61,944 nucleotides of DNA from a virus (IMGVR_UViG_3300031555_010392:64001-125944), one strand, 5' to 3'; shown: positions 30,139 through 40,135, counted from the stretch's first letter. Program-made: numbers and translations. The notes: a model not told the origin generated them from the sequence alone.

Positions 30139-30230
30139 TAGCCTGCGAAATGAGCGTACATTTGGAAGACTAAACGTAGAAAGTTGATGATAGTGATAAT
30201 AATATCACAGATAGAATTAGTCTTTCTCAT
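30138..30230 (-). CDS. Candidate type I toxin, 30 aa hydrophobic peptide MRKTNSICDIIITIINFLRLVFQMYAHFAG (not in the ORF track)
   Basis: RBS GAAAGGGGGTG, ATG 30230, TAA 30140-30138 abutting the terminator. Confidence 0.65.
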   Translation of the reverse strand: MRKTNSICDIIITIINFLRLVFQMYAHFAG

Positions 30231-30373
30231 CACAACACCCCCTTTCAGTATTACCTGTTAGGGATGTTGCCGCACAGTGCTTCGTGCTTATGCCATTATT
30301 TACTATACTACTGAGGGAATTATAGTGCAGAAGAACGGGTGTTCTTACTATTTATGTTTGTGTTTTGCAGCGC

Positions 30374-30868
30374 CTATTTCTTTATTGATAGTTGATGCTC
30401 AAACAGCTCATGGAACATAAGCTGCAATTGAATGTCTTCAAATTTGATTAGAAAGACATCGTTTGTTACATCAACAATTTTACCAGCACCAAGCTTTTTA
30501 TGAAGGATAGTAGCCCCAATAAAATTATTGTAAATAGAATTGGTGCGCACAGAAGCAGGGGTTCGCGTTTTCTTGGATTTGGTTGCTATGCGATTTTTCT
30601 TTTTCTCCTCTTGTTGGTGTAACCATGCCTCATTGGCCTTTCTGATTTTTTCCTGATCATATTCGATTTTGCGTCGCATGATCATAAGATTTCTTTGATC
30701 TTCTGTGTAGTATTTGCAATATGTAGAGGAAGAACAGGGCCCGTATTTGAAGAGGCAGTTTTTAGTTTCTTTATTATAGTAGGCGCAGCGTAATTTTGAT
30801 CTATTCTTATCGATCTTTTTTACGTATTCTATGTGCCAAGGAGTCCCCTGAAGTTGAGAAATGCTCAT
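30374..30868 (-). CDS. Cys4 domain + coiled coil + C-terminal Tudor/SH3-like domain (intron cargo)
   Basis: CAYY..C....C....C; C-terminal GATILHKKLGAGKIVDV. Confidence 0.6.
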   Translation of the reverse strand: MSISQLQGTPWHIEYVKKIDKNRSKLRCAYYNKETKNCLFKYGPCSSSTYCKYYTEDQRNLMIMRRKIEYDQEKIRKANEAWLHQQEEKKKNRIATKSKKTRTPASVRTNSIYNNFIGATILHKKLGAGKIVDVTNDVFLIKFEDIQLQLMFHELFEHQLSIKK

Positions 30869-30877
30869 AAGTATACC

Positions 30878-31330
30878 TCACCACATATGCCCACATTTCT
30901 TGCATCTTTTGGTTTTGCCAATCTTATTGCTTGCAAGCCCCCAGGCAGCTACAGAGAATGCACGACGGATTGTGGAGATTTCTTCGATGATCTGAGGTGG
31001 AGCTCCGCATTGGGGACAACATTTTGCTCGGAAAGCAGCTTGACGAGCGAGTGTTTCTCTATGAGAACGGGCATATTTTTGGGCCTCATCCATAATTTGC
31101 GTTACTTCTTTTTCACGCGCAGTAACAGACATCATTGATAATTCAGTCAGCGTATGGACTTCCCATCCCCAATGCTTTGGTGTAACGACATCAACTTTCC
31201 CGCCGCAATTTTTGTGTGTGGCTCTCATATTATCAAAAAGTTGCAGAGCGCTTTCTTCAATGTCAAGTGCTGGAGCCACAGCTCCGCACGTTTCACAATA
31301 CCAAAAATAATCATCATCCCATTTTGACAT
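30878..31330 (-). CDS. Zinc-ribbon protein (intron cargo)
   Basis: CETC/HKNC and CPQC...CKKC pairs flanking a short hydrophobic AFSVAAWGLAS segment; RBS AAGGAGG. Confidence 0.7.
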   Translation of the reverse strand: MSKWDDDYFWYCETCGAVAPALDIEESALQLFDNMRATHKNCGGKVDVVTPKHWGWEVHTLTELSMMSVTAREKEVTQIMDEAQKYARSHRETLARQAAFRAKCCPQCGAPPQIIEEISTIRRAFSVAAWGLASNKIGKTKRCKKCGHMW

Positions 31331-31355
31331 TTTTAAATACCTCCTTATATTTATT

Positions 31356-31384
31356 AGTATACCTATGCCTATTTATAGTGTCAA
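31356..31384 (-). promoter_or_regulatory. Near-consensus sigma-A promoter for the minus-strand cargo operon
   Basis: TTGACA-N17-TATACT on the minus strand, ~30 nt from the 3' splice site. Confidence 0.85.
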
Positions 31385-31413
31385 CATTGATCATGTAGAC
31401 ATTTAGCCACAAG

Positions 31414-34400
31414 TTGATTTTACCTTGGCAACAAATAATTGGTGCAGATGGTAATGCGTTTTTAGGTTCCATTTTTACTGCAAATAGAGACAGAAAAGCT
31501 GTTGCTTTGGAAGTACAAAAAAGAGATTTCGCATTTCTTGAGGAATATAATTCTGCCTCAAAATCACGTCGTGATGAAATCGAAAAATTAATTTCTCCTC
31601 AGACTGCGGGTTTTGTTAATTTTGATCTTTTGAAAGACAAAGCTGACGACGCAGATGAGCACATCAAAAGCGTTAAGAAAACATTAGAAGGAATCAACAA
31701 GATTGAATTCCAAGGCTGGGGCAAGAAAGCGGTTAACGCTCTCAAATCAGTCGGCCAAGCCTTTGTTGGTATTGCGGCTCAGGCTCTTACTGCTATGGCT
31801 GTTACTCTGGCTATTGAAGGCATTGTCACAGTTTTCGATAACATCATCAATGCTTCTCAGAAGGCCATTGACGCCGCAGACGAGACTAAAGCTGCGTGGG
31901 AGTCCTTAGACGCAACCCAGAAAACCGCCAGAGAGACAATTGACCAATATGGCGAACGTTATGATGAATTGTCTGAGAAAAGGGGTAAACCTTCTGGGTT
32001 GAGCACTTCCGAGTACGAAGAATATAAAGATATTTGCAACGAACTTGCTTCCGTATTTCCAGAGTTGGTAAGTGGCTGGGATGAGCAGGGAAATGCCATT
32101 CTTAGGGCTAATACAAGTATTAAAAAGCTGGAAGAGTCGTATCAGTCTTTACTTCGTTTAAATCGTGAAGCAAAGAGTGAAGATTTTGCGGAAACAGTCA
32201 TGGAAGGCGCTTATGCAAGATTGTATTCTGCTGATAAAGGTAGTTATACGGATTACCTCGAAATGCGTCGTGCAGCCGAAGAGTTGGCTAGGATGCAAGG
32301 CAGAGGTGAAAACGCAGAGGCCTATGAATTTGTTGCTCCCGGTGTAATTGGCGATTATGGCCAATACTGGTTTGGTAAAGATGGAATACTAAGCAGCAGT
32401 AACAAATTTATTGAACAAATCAATGGATTTATTAGCAGTGGCGACTTGAGCGCCATTGGGAAAATCCCAGGAGACCTTGCTGCATATTTTGGAACAGTAA
32501 CCGCTGCCGCTGGAGCTGCTGAATATGCCGCTGATGAGATCATTAAATTAAGTGACATTGATGCACTTGATTATATTACCGATCATACCGGAGCGCTAAA
32601 GCAAGGCACATCATTAGACGATGGTTTAAATCAGTTAGCTAATGCTGTGATTGGACAGATCATGTCTATAGAGCTTATAGTTGCTCAAAAAGCAGAGTCT
32701 TTGAGCTATCAGGCGGATCGTGATCTTGTCACTTTACAGGATGAATACCGTAATATGACTATTAACGCGTTTGATCGGTATTCAAACTATAAATATGGTG
32801 GCGGCATACTGGCCGAATCTGGATTTGAAGAAGATTTTAAAAATTATCTTGAAAGAGTGCCGTATGCTTTTGGACATGACTGGTTTGGTGAAATAGACGC
32901 CAAAGATCCGGCAGCTTTTGCTGATAAGTACAAAAATGAAGTACTGAACAAATTAAGAATTCCTACTGTTTCTGAAATGGTTGAGGGAATGTACCAATCT
33001 GTTACGGATTATTTCTCTGGAGATATGTCATATGGCGATCTTAAGAGAAAGTTGGATGGATACGGTAAAGATGGGCCATTCCAAAACGACCGTGTTTGGT
33101 CTGCATTTATTGAAGCCGCGTTTGGTGGTGAAGGTGTTCAGCAAGCGCAAGAAGATGCTTTTAAGCGAGCAAAAAACATCTTAAAATTTGGAGATGCTTC
33201 CTCGCTTGAGGATTTGACATTTGAACAATTGTCATTTCTTGCAGGATATAAAGGGGAAAGTATTTATTCACTTGACGAATTGAATGCTCTTATGAAAGAG
33301 GATGCAATAAAAAATCAAAGTGAATTAGAAGAAATTATTAAGTCCTACACCGACTTTAACGAGGCTCGCACCAAATCACTGTCCGCTCTTTCAGCCCTTA
33401 GCGAGCAAGGCCACCTTACTCCTGACGAATGGAAACAGCTTCAGGCGTCTGGCTATGATGCTGCAATTGCTGAAACACAGTATGGCTCCAAGTATGTCGA
33501 TTATCAGACGATGCGTGATATCGACGAAGCTAAAACTCAGGAAAAGATTGTAGAAAATCTTGAGGCGAAAGCTTTAAAGCAGGAAAAGCTTAATGAGCTA
33601 ACTGATGAGCACACCAAGCTCCTTGCTGAAAATTCCAAGGAAGCCGAGAAAAAGGCAGAAGAAATCAAAACTCTTGAAAATGAGATTGATTTGATTGATC
33701 TTATGAATGAGAGTCTTTTGGAGTCTACTTCTGCTCTTAATGCGTTTAAGCAGGCCTCCAGTATGGCCGAGCTTGGTGACAACTTCCGCTCTACCAAAGA
33801 AGCTCTTGATGCTATTAATGAGGGTCTTGAGTCTGGCCGTGTGGGCACCAACAAATTCAAAGCTGCGCTTGAACTGCTTGGTGGCAGAGGGATGCTTGAA
33901 CGGTTTGAATCCGGCGATTTCTCTCGTAAAGAGCTGAAGCAATACACTGAGCAACTTGGCAAATATTATGACGAAGATGGCAACATCAATCGTAGTAAGG
34001 CATTTGATACTTTTGTAAAAGAAGGTATAGGGCGCTATTTCAAAGGTGAAAACGGAGAAAAGCGTTTTGCATTTAATGCTGGGACTACGATGGCTCAGAT
34101 CCAAGAAAAGCTTGGCGGCATTACGGAAGAGATGGCTACATACTTCCTTGATGCTATTAATGAGTATGCTGTTGGTGCAAATGAAATCCTTGGGCCTGAT
34201 GGTTATGAGAGTTATCAGGAAAGAGCGAAAAAAGCCAGAGAAGAAGCTGAGGCAAAAGAGAGTGCAAGAATTGAACAGCTTAATGGAATTGCAGAAAATG
34301 CTTTAACGGCCTCTACTGAACAAATTGCGGCAGCTACTGAAACAAAGGCAGCGGCTACACTTATGAAAGAAGCTGCGGCTGCATGGCTGGCGTCTGCGCC

Positions 34401-37400
34401 CAAGGAAACTGAACCGTCTGCTACACCTATTGATTCTCAAATTGAATTAGAAAAAACAGCGATAGATAATCTCTTTAAAGAGCATATTGGAGCAACGCCT
34501 GTTCCAACTGAAGATACAGTTCAAGTGAATGGGGACATGTATGTGCAACCGCACGATTCAAGTGCCCCAATAGCGAAGCCATTCTTTAAAGACCCATTAG
34601 TGGGATTGGAAGGTACAGACAACTATCAGATTGAAGCACAGGCCATTGAGGCTGCTAGTGATATTTTAAAGGCGGCACTTCCTCAGCATTCTGATTTAGG
34701 CAGAGAGCCTGTTTCTCTCTCGGACGAAGTTTATAGCGAGAATAGAGCTGATGCTAATGCCCAAATTGATGCCAATGTATCTTATATCAAAGGCTTGTTC
34801 CAGGCTTTTGAAAGTGCAGGCGTGGATATGGCTCAAATTGATTTGGGGGCTTTGCAATCAAATGTCCAGAGTGTTGTAGATACACTTAAAGTGCTTGGGT
34901 ACAGTGGCGAAGCGCTTGACCAAGCAGACGCAATACTGCAAGGAATCAATACCAAATTGTTGGCATTGAAAGCGGCCGAAGCGGACTTGCCTTCTACGCC
35001 TCCTGTTCCGTCTGAAGTATCCTCAGTGATACCCAATAGAATTCCTGAAAAACTGCCAGAGAACGCTAGTGTATTTGAAAGCCTTGTGGGCGGTTTGACG
35101 GCTGTTACTCAGGAGACGAAGCAAGCATTAATCGATCATGCTATTCATCTAAAGGAAGCTTACGTTACCTTAGAAGATTACGAGAATTCTCAAATGGTAG
35201 AAAACGCCATTCAGAAAATCATGGATCTTCAAGTTGAGGGAATTACTCCTTATGTGCGTCCCGAACCTTCAGAGGTGCCGGAGGATGCAAAAGCGAGGAT
35301 ACCTGATAGCATCCCTGATATGCTCCCTGAAAGCGCGAGTGCATTTGAAAGTCTCGTGAGAGGGCTTACTGTCGTTACTGCGGAAGTGCAAGCAAGGCTT
35401 CTTGATCATGCTAACAGCTTGAAGGAAGCCTACACCAACATGCTCTCGATAACAGGAGATTATGAGGGTTTGGCTTTAATTGAGAATGCTCTCAGCCAAA
35501 TCGAGAGTCTTGAAATTGTAACTGATGCTCCTGTAGAAGTGGCTCCTGGTGCAGAAAATGCAGTTCCGTCTGCAACAATGAGCATTCATGAACAATTAAT
35601 GGCGCTGGGTGCTATGGGGCATGGTGCATTAGCATTTGCTGGATATAACGATGTAAACGCGATTAGAACTGAAAGAACAAAATCTTCAGAGACCACCCCT
35701 GCCGGGGAAGAGCAAGAGATTGAAAGTGAATTACATCTTGACAATGAAGCTGCTCTTGATGCGATTGATGAAGTAAAGGAGATAGCGGAAGAACCCTTAG
35801 AGGGTACTTTTGAGGTTGATCCTACATCTGCTGAGACTGCGGTAACGAATGTAGTTACAATGATTGAAACGATAACAACCAAGCCCGTTGATGCAAACAC
35901 AGAGCCTGCAGAGGGCAAGGTTGGAACGTTGGATTCTCGCATTCGCGCAACTGTTACCAAAGGTGTTGATACCAGTCAAATTGAAGGCGCTATCTCTTTA
36001 GCCGATGCGCTTCACAGCTCTCTTTCAAGGCCTGCTACAAAACGTGTTACAGTAGTTCAAAGTGGCGGATTAACGTCAGGTGGTTCAGTAACCGCTGTTG
36101 ATGGCGGTAAAATGGCCTCTTCTGGTGGGATCGCACGAGTTGATGGAGGGGCGGCATATGCTGGTGGTACAGCCCTTGTTGGCGAAATTGCTCCTGAAAT
36201 TATTGTTGACCGTAAGAGTGGTACATGGAGACTTGTTGATTATCCACAGCTTACCCATTTGAATCCTGGGGATATTGTTTTCAATGGTGAGCAAACTAAG
36301 GATATACTTGCTGGTAAGCGCACTGGTTTTAGTAAAGCTTTTGTAGATGGCAATGTTAAGGGTGGTTTGAGTTTTGCGAGTGGAGAAAAGCGGTACTTAA
36401 CAGCCGCTATGGGAGAATTTCAGGCTGGGAGTTTCGGCCTTAGCACTCCTTATAAAAGCCAAGCCATACCGGATGGTAAGAAAAAAAGCTCCGGCGGTGG
36501 TGGATCTTCTCGTGGAGGCTCCGGCGACGATGAAGAAAAAGACTGGAAAGACTGGATTGTCCGAGTTCTTGAAATTGCAAAAGAAGCTACAGAGAAAGCT
36601 ATTGACGATGTGGCTAAGAAAATTGGCTACCTCGCACAGAATGCTCAGTTGGATGTAGCTCTTAAAGCAAATCAGAACGAGATTGAAAAGAATGAGGCTG
36701 CTCAAAAGCGCTATATGGAACAGGCTGCGCAAATGCAAAGAGAGCATGGTTTAAGCGCTGACATTGTAAAAAGGATTCAAGAAGGCACGATTGATATTAC
36801 TAAGTATGATCAAGAAATGCTTGACAAGATTGATGATTATCAAACATGGTTTGAGAAAGCGGAAGATTGTCGAAAAGCTGTGGAAGAGCTGAAGGAGCAA
36901 GAGCTTGAGCTTCAGCGCCAAAAACTTGATAATATCGACAAATATTACAACCACAAGATTGACCGTCTTGAAGCCCAAATCAGTAAAAATGACTCCATGC
37001 TTGATCGGAAGGGCGCTTACGGCGAAGAGATTTTTCAACAAGATTATGTTGATGCCATTAAAGCAACCCAAGACAAGATTGCTCAACTGCAGGCTGAACG
37101 GAAGGCTTATGCAAAGCAGTTTGATGTACTTGTGAAGTCTGGGGCTCTTCAGCCTGATAGCAATGAGTGGCATGAGTACATATCTACTCTTGAAGAAGTG
37201 GATGAATCCATTATAGAAACGCAAACAGACCTCGCAGAGTTAAAAGATGCCATGGAGAACATAAAGCTTACTAATTTGCAGTATGCTCTTGATCGTCTTG
37301 AAGCTTTGCAGGATGCTTTAGAGAGTTTCTTGGATTTCCATGATTCTCAAGGCGTTGATAATAATGCTGATACCTATATTGATCTGATTCAGAATGCTTT

Positions 37401-37716
37401 CGACGAGATTGATAACCTTGAAATGCAAAATGAATTCCTCCGTGGGCAGCAAGAAGGACTGGATGTCCTGAGCGAGAAATGGCAGGAATTGCAGCAAGAG
37501 ATTGAAAGCAATGAACAGAGCATTTGGGAGATTAAGTCTGCGCAGGAGGATTGGAATGATACAATCGCTGACTTGCAGATTCAGATGCTTGAACGTGAAC
37601 GTGAAGAGCTTGAAAAGACCAATGACGCGCTGGAAAGACGCAAAGAAATGGAAGATGCTCTTGAAGACCTTGAAAAGGCTAAGAGCCAGAGAACGAAACT
37701 CATATACAGAGAGGGT
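31414..37716 (+). CDS. Tape measure protein, exon 2
   Basis: Long helical/coiled-coil ORF with no RBS at its start; ends ...IYREG at a group I 5' splice site. Confidence 0.85.
35010..35530 (+). repeat. Tandem ~270 nt (90 aa) duplication inside the TMP
   Basis: IPNRIPEKLPENASVFESLVGGLTAVT (from 35029) versus IPDSIPDMLPESASAFESLVRGLTVVT (from 35299). Confidence 0.8.
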
Positions 37717-38951
37717 AAACACCGATGCCCCTTTACGCAGTAATGTGTATTGCAACAGGTGAGTATATCGGTTAAAGCCTGAAGGAGACAGGTAAGACCG
37801 AGGTAAATATTGTTTATTGGCAAAATAGTAAGGAGTTATTTTGCCGCCATATAATCGGGTACCAGAGAAAGAAACAATAAAACTATGTAATAGTATAAAC
37901 TTGGAATATATTAATACGATTTATGAAAAGGTCGCGTATGTTGAATTTATATGTAAAAAGCATGACTACAAAGGGGTGCAAAGAATAAACCGCGAAGCTC
38001 TTTGTAGATGGGCTCAGAAAGGCACCTGTAATTGCGCACATATTAACAGAGACGCAGAAGATTTGCGTCGTGAACCAAATTTGGATAAAGATGTTATTGT
38101 ATTGGGTGAATATATAAAATCCAATATCCCCATTTTGTGCAAATGTAAAAGATGTCAAAGTGAATTCATGGCGACACCAAATAAACTTCAGCAAGGTCGC
38201 GGGTGCCCCAATTGTCGTTTTGAAAAAATAGGTGAACATAATCGCCTTGGTTTAGAAACCTATAAGCAACGCTTACAAAAGAATTTCCCTGACTTAGAAT
38301 TAGTCGGTGAGTATTCAGGGATGGAACATTCAATAACGTTTCGCTGTAAACGGTGCGGTAAAGTTCAGAAATGCTCTTCTGCATGGAGGGTGCTGTCTGG
38401 TGATCGCGGGTGTTCTAAATGCAATTCATCTAAAGGTGAAAGAAAAATTGCTAATTATTTGGATGCGCACAATATTTTTTATGAAGCACAAAAGCAATTT
38501 TTACAGTGTCACGCTAAGAAGCCTTTGCGATTTGATTTTTATATTCCCAGTTTGAATACCTGCATTGAATACCAAGGAGAACAACACTATAGACCAGTTG
38601 ATTTTGCTGGTAGGCATGATGGGAGCCATATAGTTAATCATTCATCTTTGCTGGAAAGAGATGATATTAAACGCTCTTTTTGCTCGCAAAATGCAATTAA
38701 TTTGGTCGAAATTCCATATTGGGAAATAGGAAACATCGAAGAAAAACTAAAAGATTTATTATGCTAATAAACAATATAACCGTAGAGACTGTAATGGTGG
38801 TTACAGCAATGTGACCACCTGACTCACCCTCCTCGAAAGAGGATGAAGATCCAGTCCGAACTCGCGCTATATCTCCAAAATAATAAAACGCGAGAGATGG
38901 GTTGAAAGACCTATCCGCCACACAAGTGGTTTATAAGTAACAGATTTATTG
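37717..38951 (+). mobile_element. Group I intron with endonuclease ORF in the TMP 3' region
   Basis: 5' exon ends GGT with P1 GCCC. R element CGTAGAGACTG and S element AAGATCCAGTCC. P10 CCGAT/ATCGG, terminal G at 38951. Splicing gives YREG|IGFVYEAD. Confidence 0.93.
37841..38767 (+). CDS. Intron-encoded homing endonuclease: Zn-ribbon repeats + Vsr/DUF559-like nuclease
   Basis: Repeated CxxC...GRGCPxC units; SKGERKI...FDFYI...IEYQGEQHY. Confidence 0.85.
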   Translation: MPPYNRVPEKETIKLCNSINLEYINTIYEKVAYVEFICKKHDYKGVQRINREALCRWAQKGTCNCAHINRDAEDLRREPNLDKDVIVLGEYIKSNIPILCKCKRCQSEFMATPNKLQQGRGCPNCRFEKIGEHNRLGLETYKQRLQKNFPDLELVGEYSGMEHSITFRCKRCGKVQKCSSAWRVLSGDRGCSKCNSSKGERKIANYLDAHNIFYEAQKQFLQCHAKKPLRFDFYIPSLNTCIEYQGEQHYRPVDFAGRHDGSHIVNHSSLLERDDIKRSFCSQNAINLVEIPYWEIGNIEEKLKDLLC

Positions 38952-39362
38952 ATCGGATTTGTATATGAGGCAGATCAAGAAGCTATCAAAGAAGCCCAAG
39001 ATCGCGTTGATGAACTCAGGCATAATGAAATGCTTGACAAAATTGACGAGGCTATTTCGGCTATCGAGGATAACAAGAAGAACGACAACATTTATGATTT
39101 CCAAGGTTCCAGCGTAATTAAGGACATCACAGATGAAGATGCTTTGAAGCTCTATAATTTGATTCATGGCTCTACGGATCTTGATGCCTTGCTTGCAGAT
39201 AAAGCATTTGCAGATTTGAAAAACGTTGGTGGAAACACCGCGTCTTCAACAGTCATTCAAATTGGCGATATCCGCCTTGAAGGCGTGCAAGACGCTAACT
39301 CGCTTGCGCAAAGCATAGTCAGTGAATTGCCAAATCGGCTTATCCAGGCAATTTATAAATAA
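38952..39362 (+). CDS. Tape measure protein, exon 3
   Basis: In-frame continuation IGFVYEADQEAIKEAQ... to the stop. Confidence 0.88.
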   Translation: MGFVYEADQEAIKEAQDRVDELRHNEMLDKIDEAISAIEDNKKNDNIYDFQGSSVIKDITDEDALKLYNLIHGSTDLDALLADKAFADLKNVGGNTASSTVIQIGDIRLEGVQDANSLAQSIVSELPNRLIQAIYK

Positions 39363-39366
39363 TACC

Positions 39367-39400
39367 AAGGGGGTTGTTGCTTTGGCGGCAGCCCCCTTTA
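39367..39400 (+). terminator. Hairpin after the TMP
   Basis: AAGGGGGTTGTTGC/GCGGCAGCCCCCTT stem. Confidence 0.55.
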
Positions 39401-39417
39401 AAAGGAGGTGAGAAGCC

Positions 39418-40131
39418 CTGAAAGTAACAAATGATTCATTACGCTGCGCAGTAAGGATTGAACATTCTGTTGAAGATGCCAGAGCATTTGTAGAAGATGC
39501 GTCTGTAATTACTTCTGTAAGTGTTCAGCGAAGGCCATCTACTTCAACAAATTGGGTTGAAATACATAGTGTATCAATTACTACTGAGAATGATTTGAAT
39601 TTTTGTTTGTTGGATTACTCGGCTCGGTCATGTCGGGAATATGAATATAGGAATGTTATTGTTTCCAATACTAATTATATTGGGCCAGCGGTGGCGGTCA
39701 CTACACGTTTTGATGGGGTTCTGATCGCTTCCAAGAAGAAATGCTATATATCATTACTTAATCCTGAGTATACACTACAAAGAGACTTTAATGTGGCTTA
39801 TGTAAAACCCTATAATAGTAAGTACCCACATGCTATTCATAATGGCTTGGCAAACTCTAATAAGGGTACAGTAAAGGGCATTTTCAACCCAATTTCACCA
39901 GATTGTATGATTGAAATGAAGTATGCAGATTACGCGGATGATTTCATAGACTTTTTATCCGACGGAACGCCTAAATTAATAAAAACCTTTGATGGGCATG
40001 CGTGGTATGCTGAAATAGATACGCCAGTAAAAAGAGAGTACGATAAAGTGATTGGTATAGTTAATATTAGTTTCTCTTGGACGGAAGTTGCAGAAGTACC
40101 TTCAAACTTTTGCAAAATGGTAACGGGGTGA
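39418..40131 (+). CDS. Distal tail-like protein; probable CTG start
   Basis: RBS AGGAGGTG 7 nt before CTG 39418; the frame is open to the tracked ORF at 39595. First gene after the TMP. Confidence 0.6.
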   Translation: MKVTNDSLRCAVRIEHSVEDARAFVEDASVITSVSVQRRPSTSTNWVEIHSVSITTENDLNFCLLDYSARSCREYEYRNVIVSNTNYIGPAVAVTTRFDGVLIASKKKCYISLLNPEYTLQRDFNVAYVKPYNSKYPHAIHNGLANSNKGTVKGIFNPISPDCMIEMKYADYADDFIDFLSDGTPKLIKTFDGHAWYAEIDTPVKREYDKVIGIVNISFSWTEVAEVPSNFCKMVTG

Positions 40132-40135
40132 TAGA

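Larger units (their letters stand above)
30019..30293. repeat. Imperfect inverted repeat flanking the toxin-like ORF
   Basis: GCATAAGTACGAAG(30019-32)+CACTGTGCG(30042-50) pair with CGCACAGTG(30271-79)+CTTCGTGCTTATGC(30280-93). Confidence 0.8.
28334..31413 (+). mobile_element. Large (3080 nt) group I intron carrying cargo genes, with no homing endonuclease
   Basis: P1 GGT(28331-33)/GCC(28352-54) with U.G; P4 TGCTGG/TCAGCA; P3 AACTC/GAGTT; P7 GACTG(28629-33)/CAGTC(28671-75). Long-range pairing TGGCTAA(28730-36)/TTAGCCA(31403-09). Terminal G at 31413; P10 GTAAAA+CAA pairs with exon TTG+TTTTAC. Confidence 0.82.

Noticed and set aside
28334-31413. IStron or IS insertion
   Set aside because: No tnpA, tnpB or DDE transposase motifs, and no terminal inverted repeats or target duplication are visible.
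23297-39362. TMP as a fragmented pseudogene or three separate genes
   Set aside because: Both breaks have group I cores, U.G P1 helices, terminal G and P10 pairings that restore the frame, and exons 2 and 3 lack RBSs.
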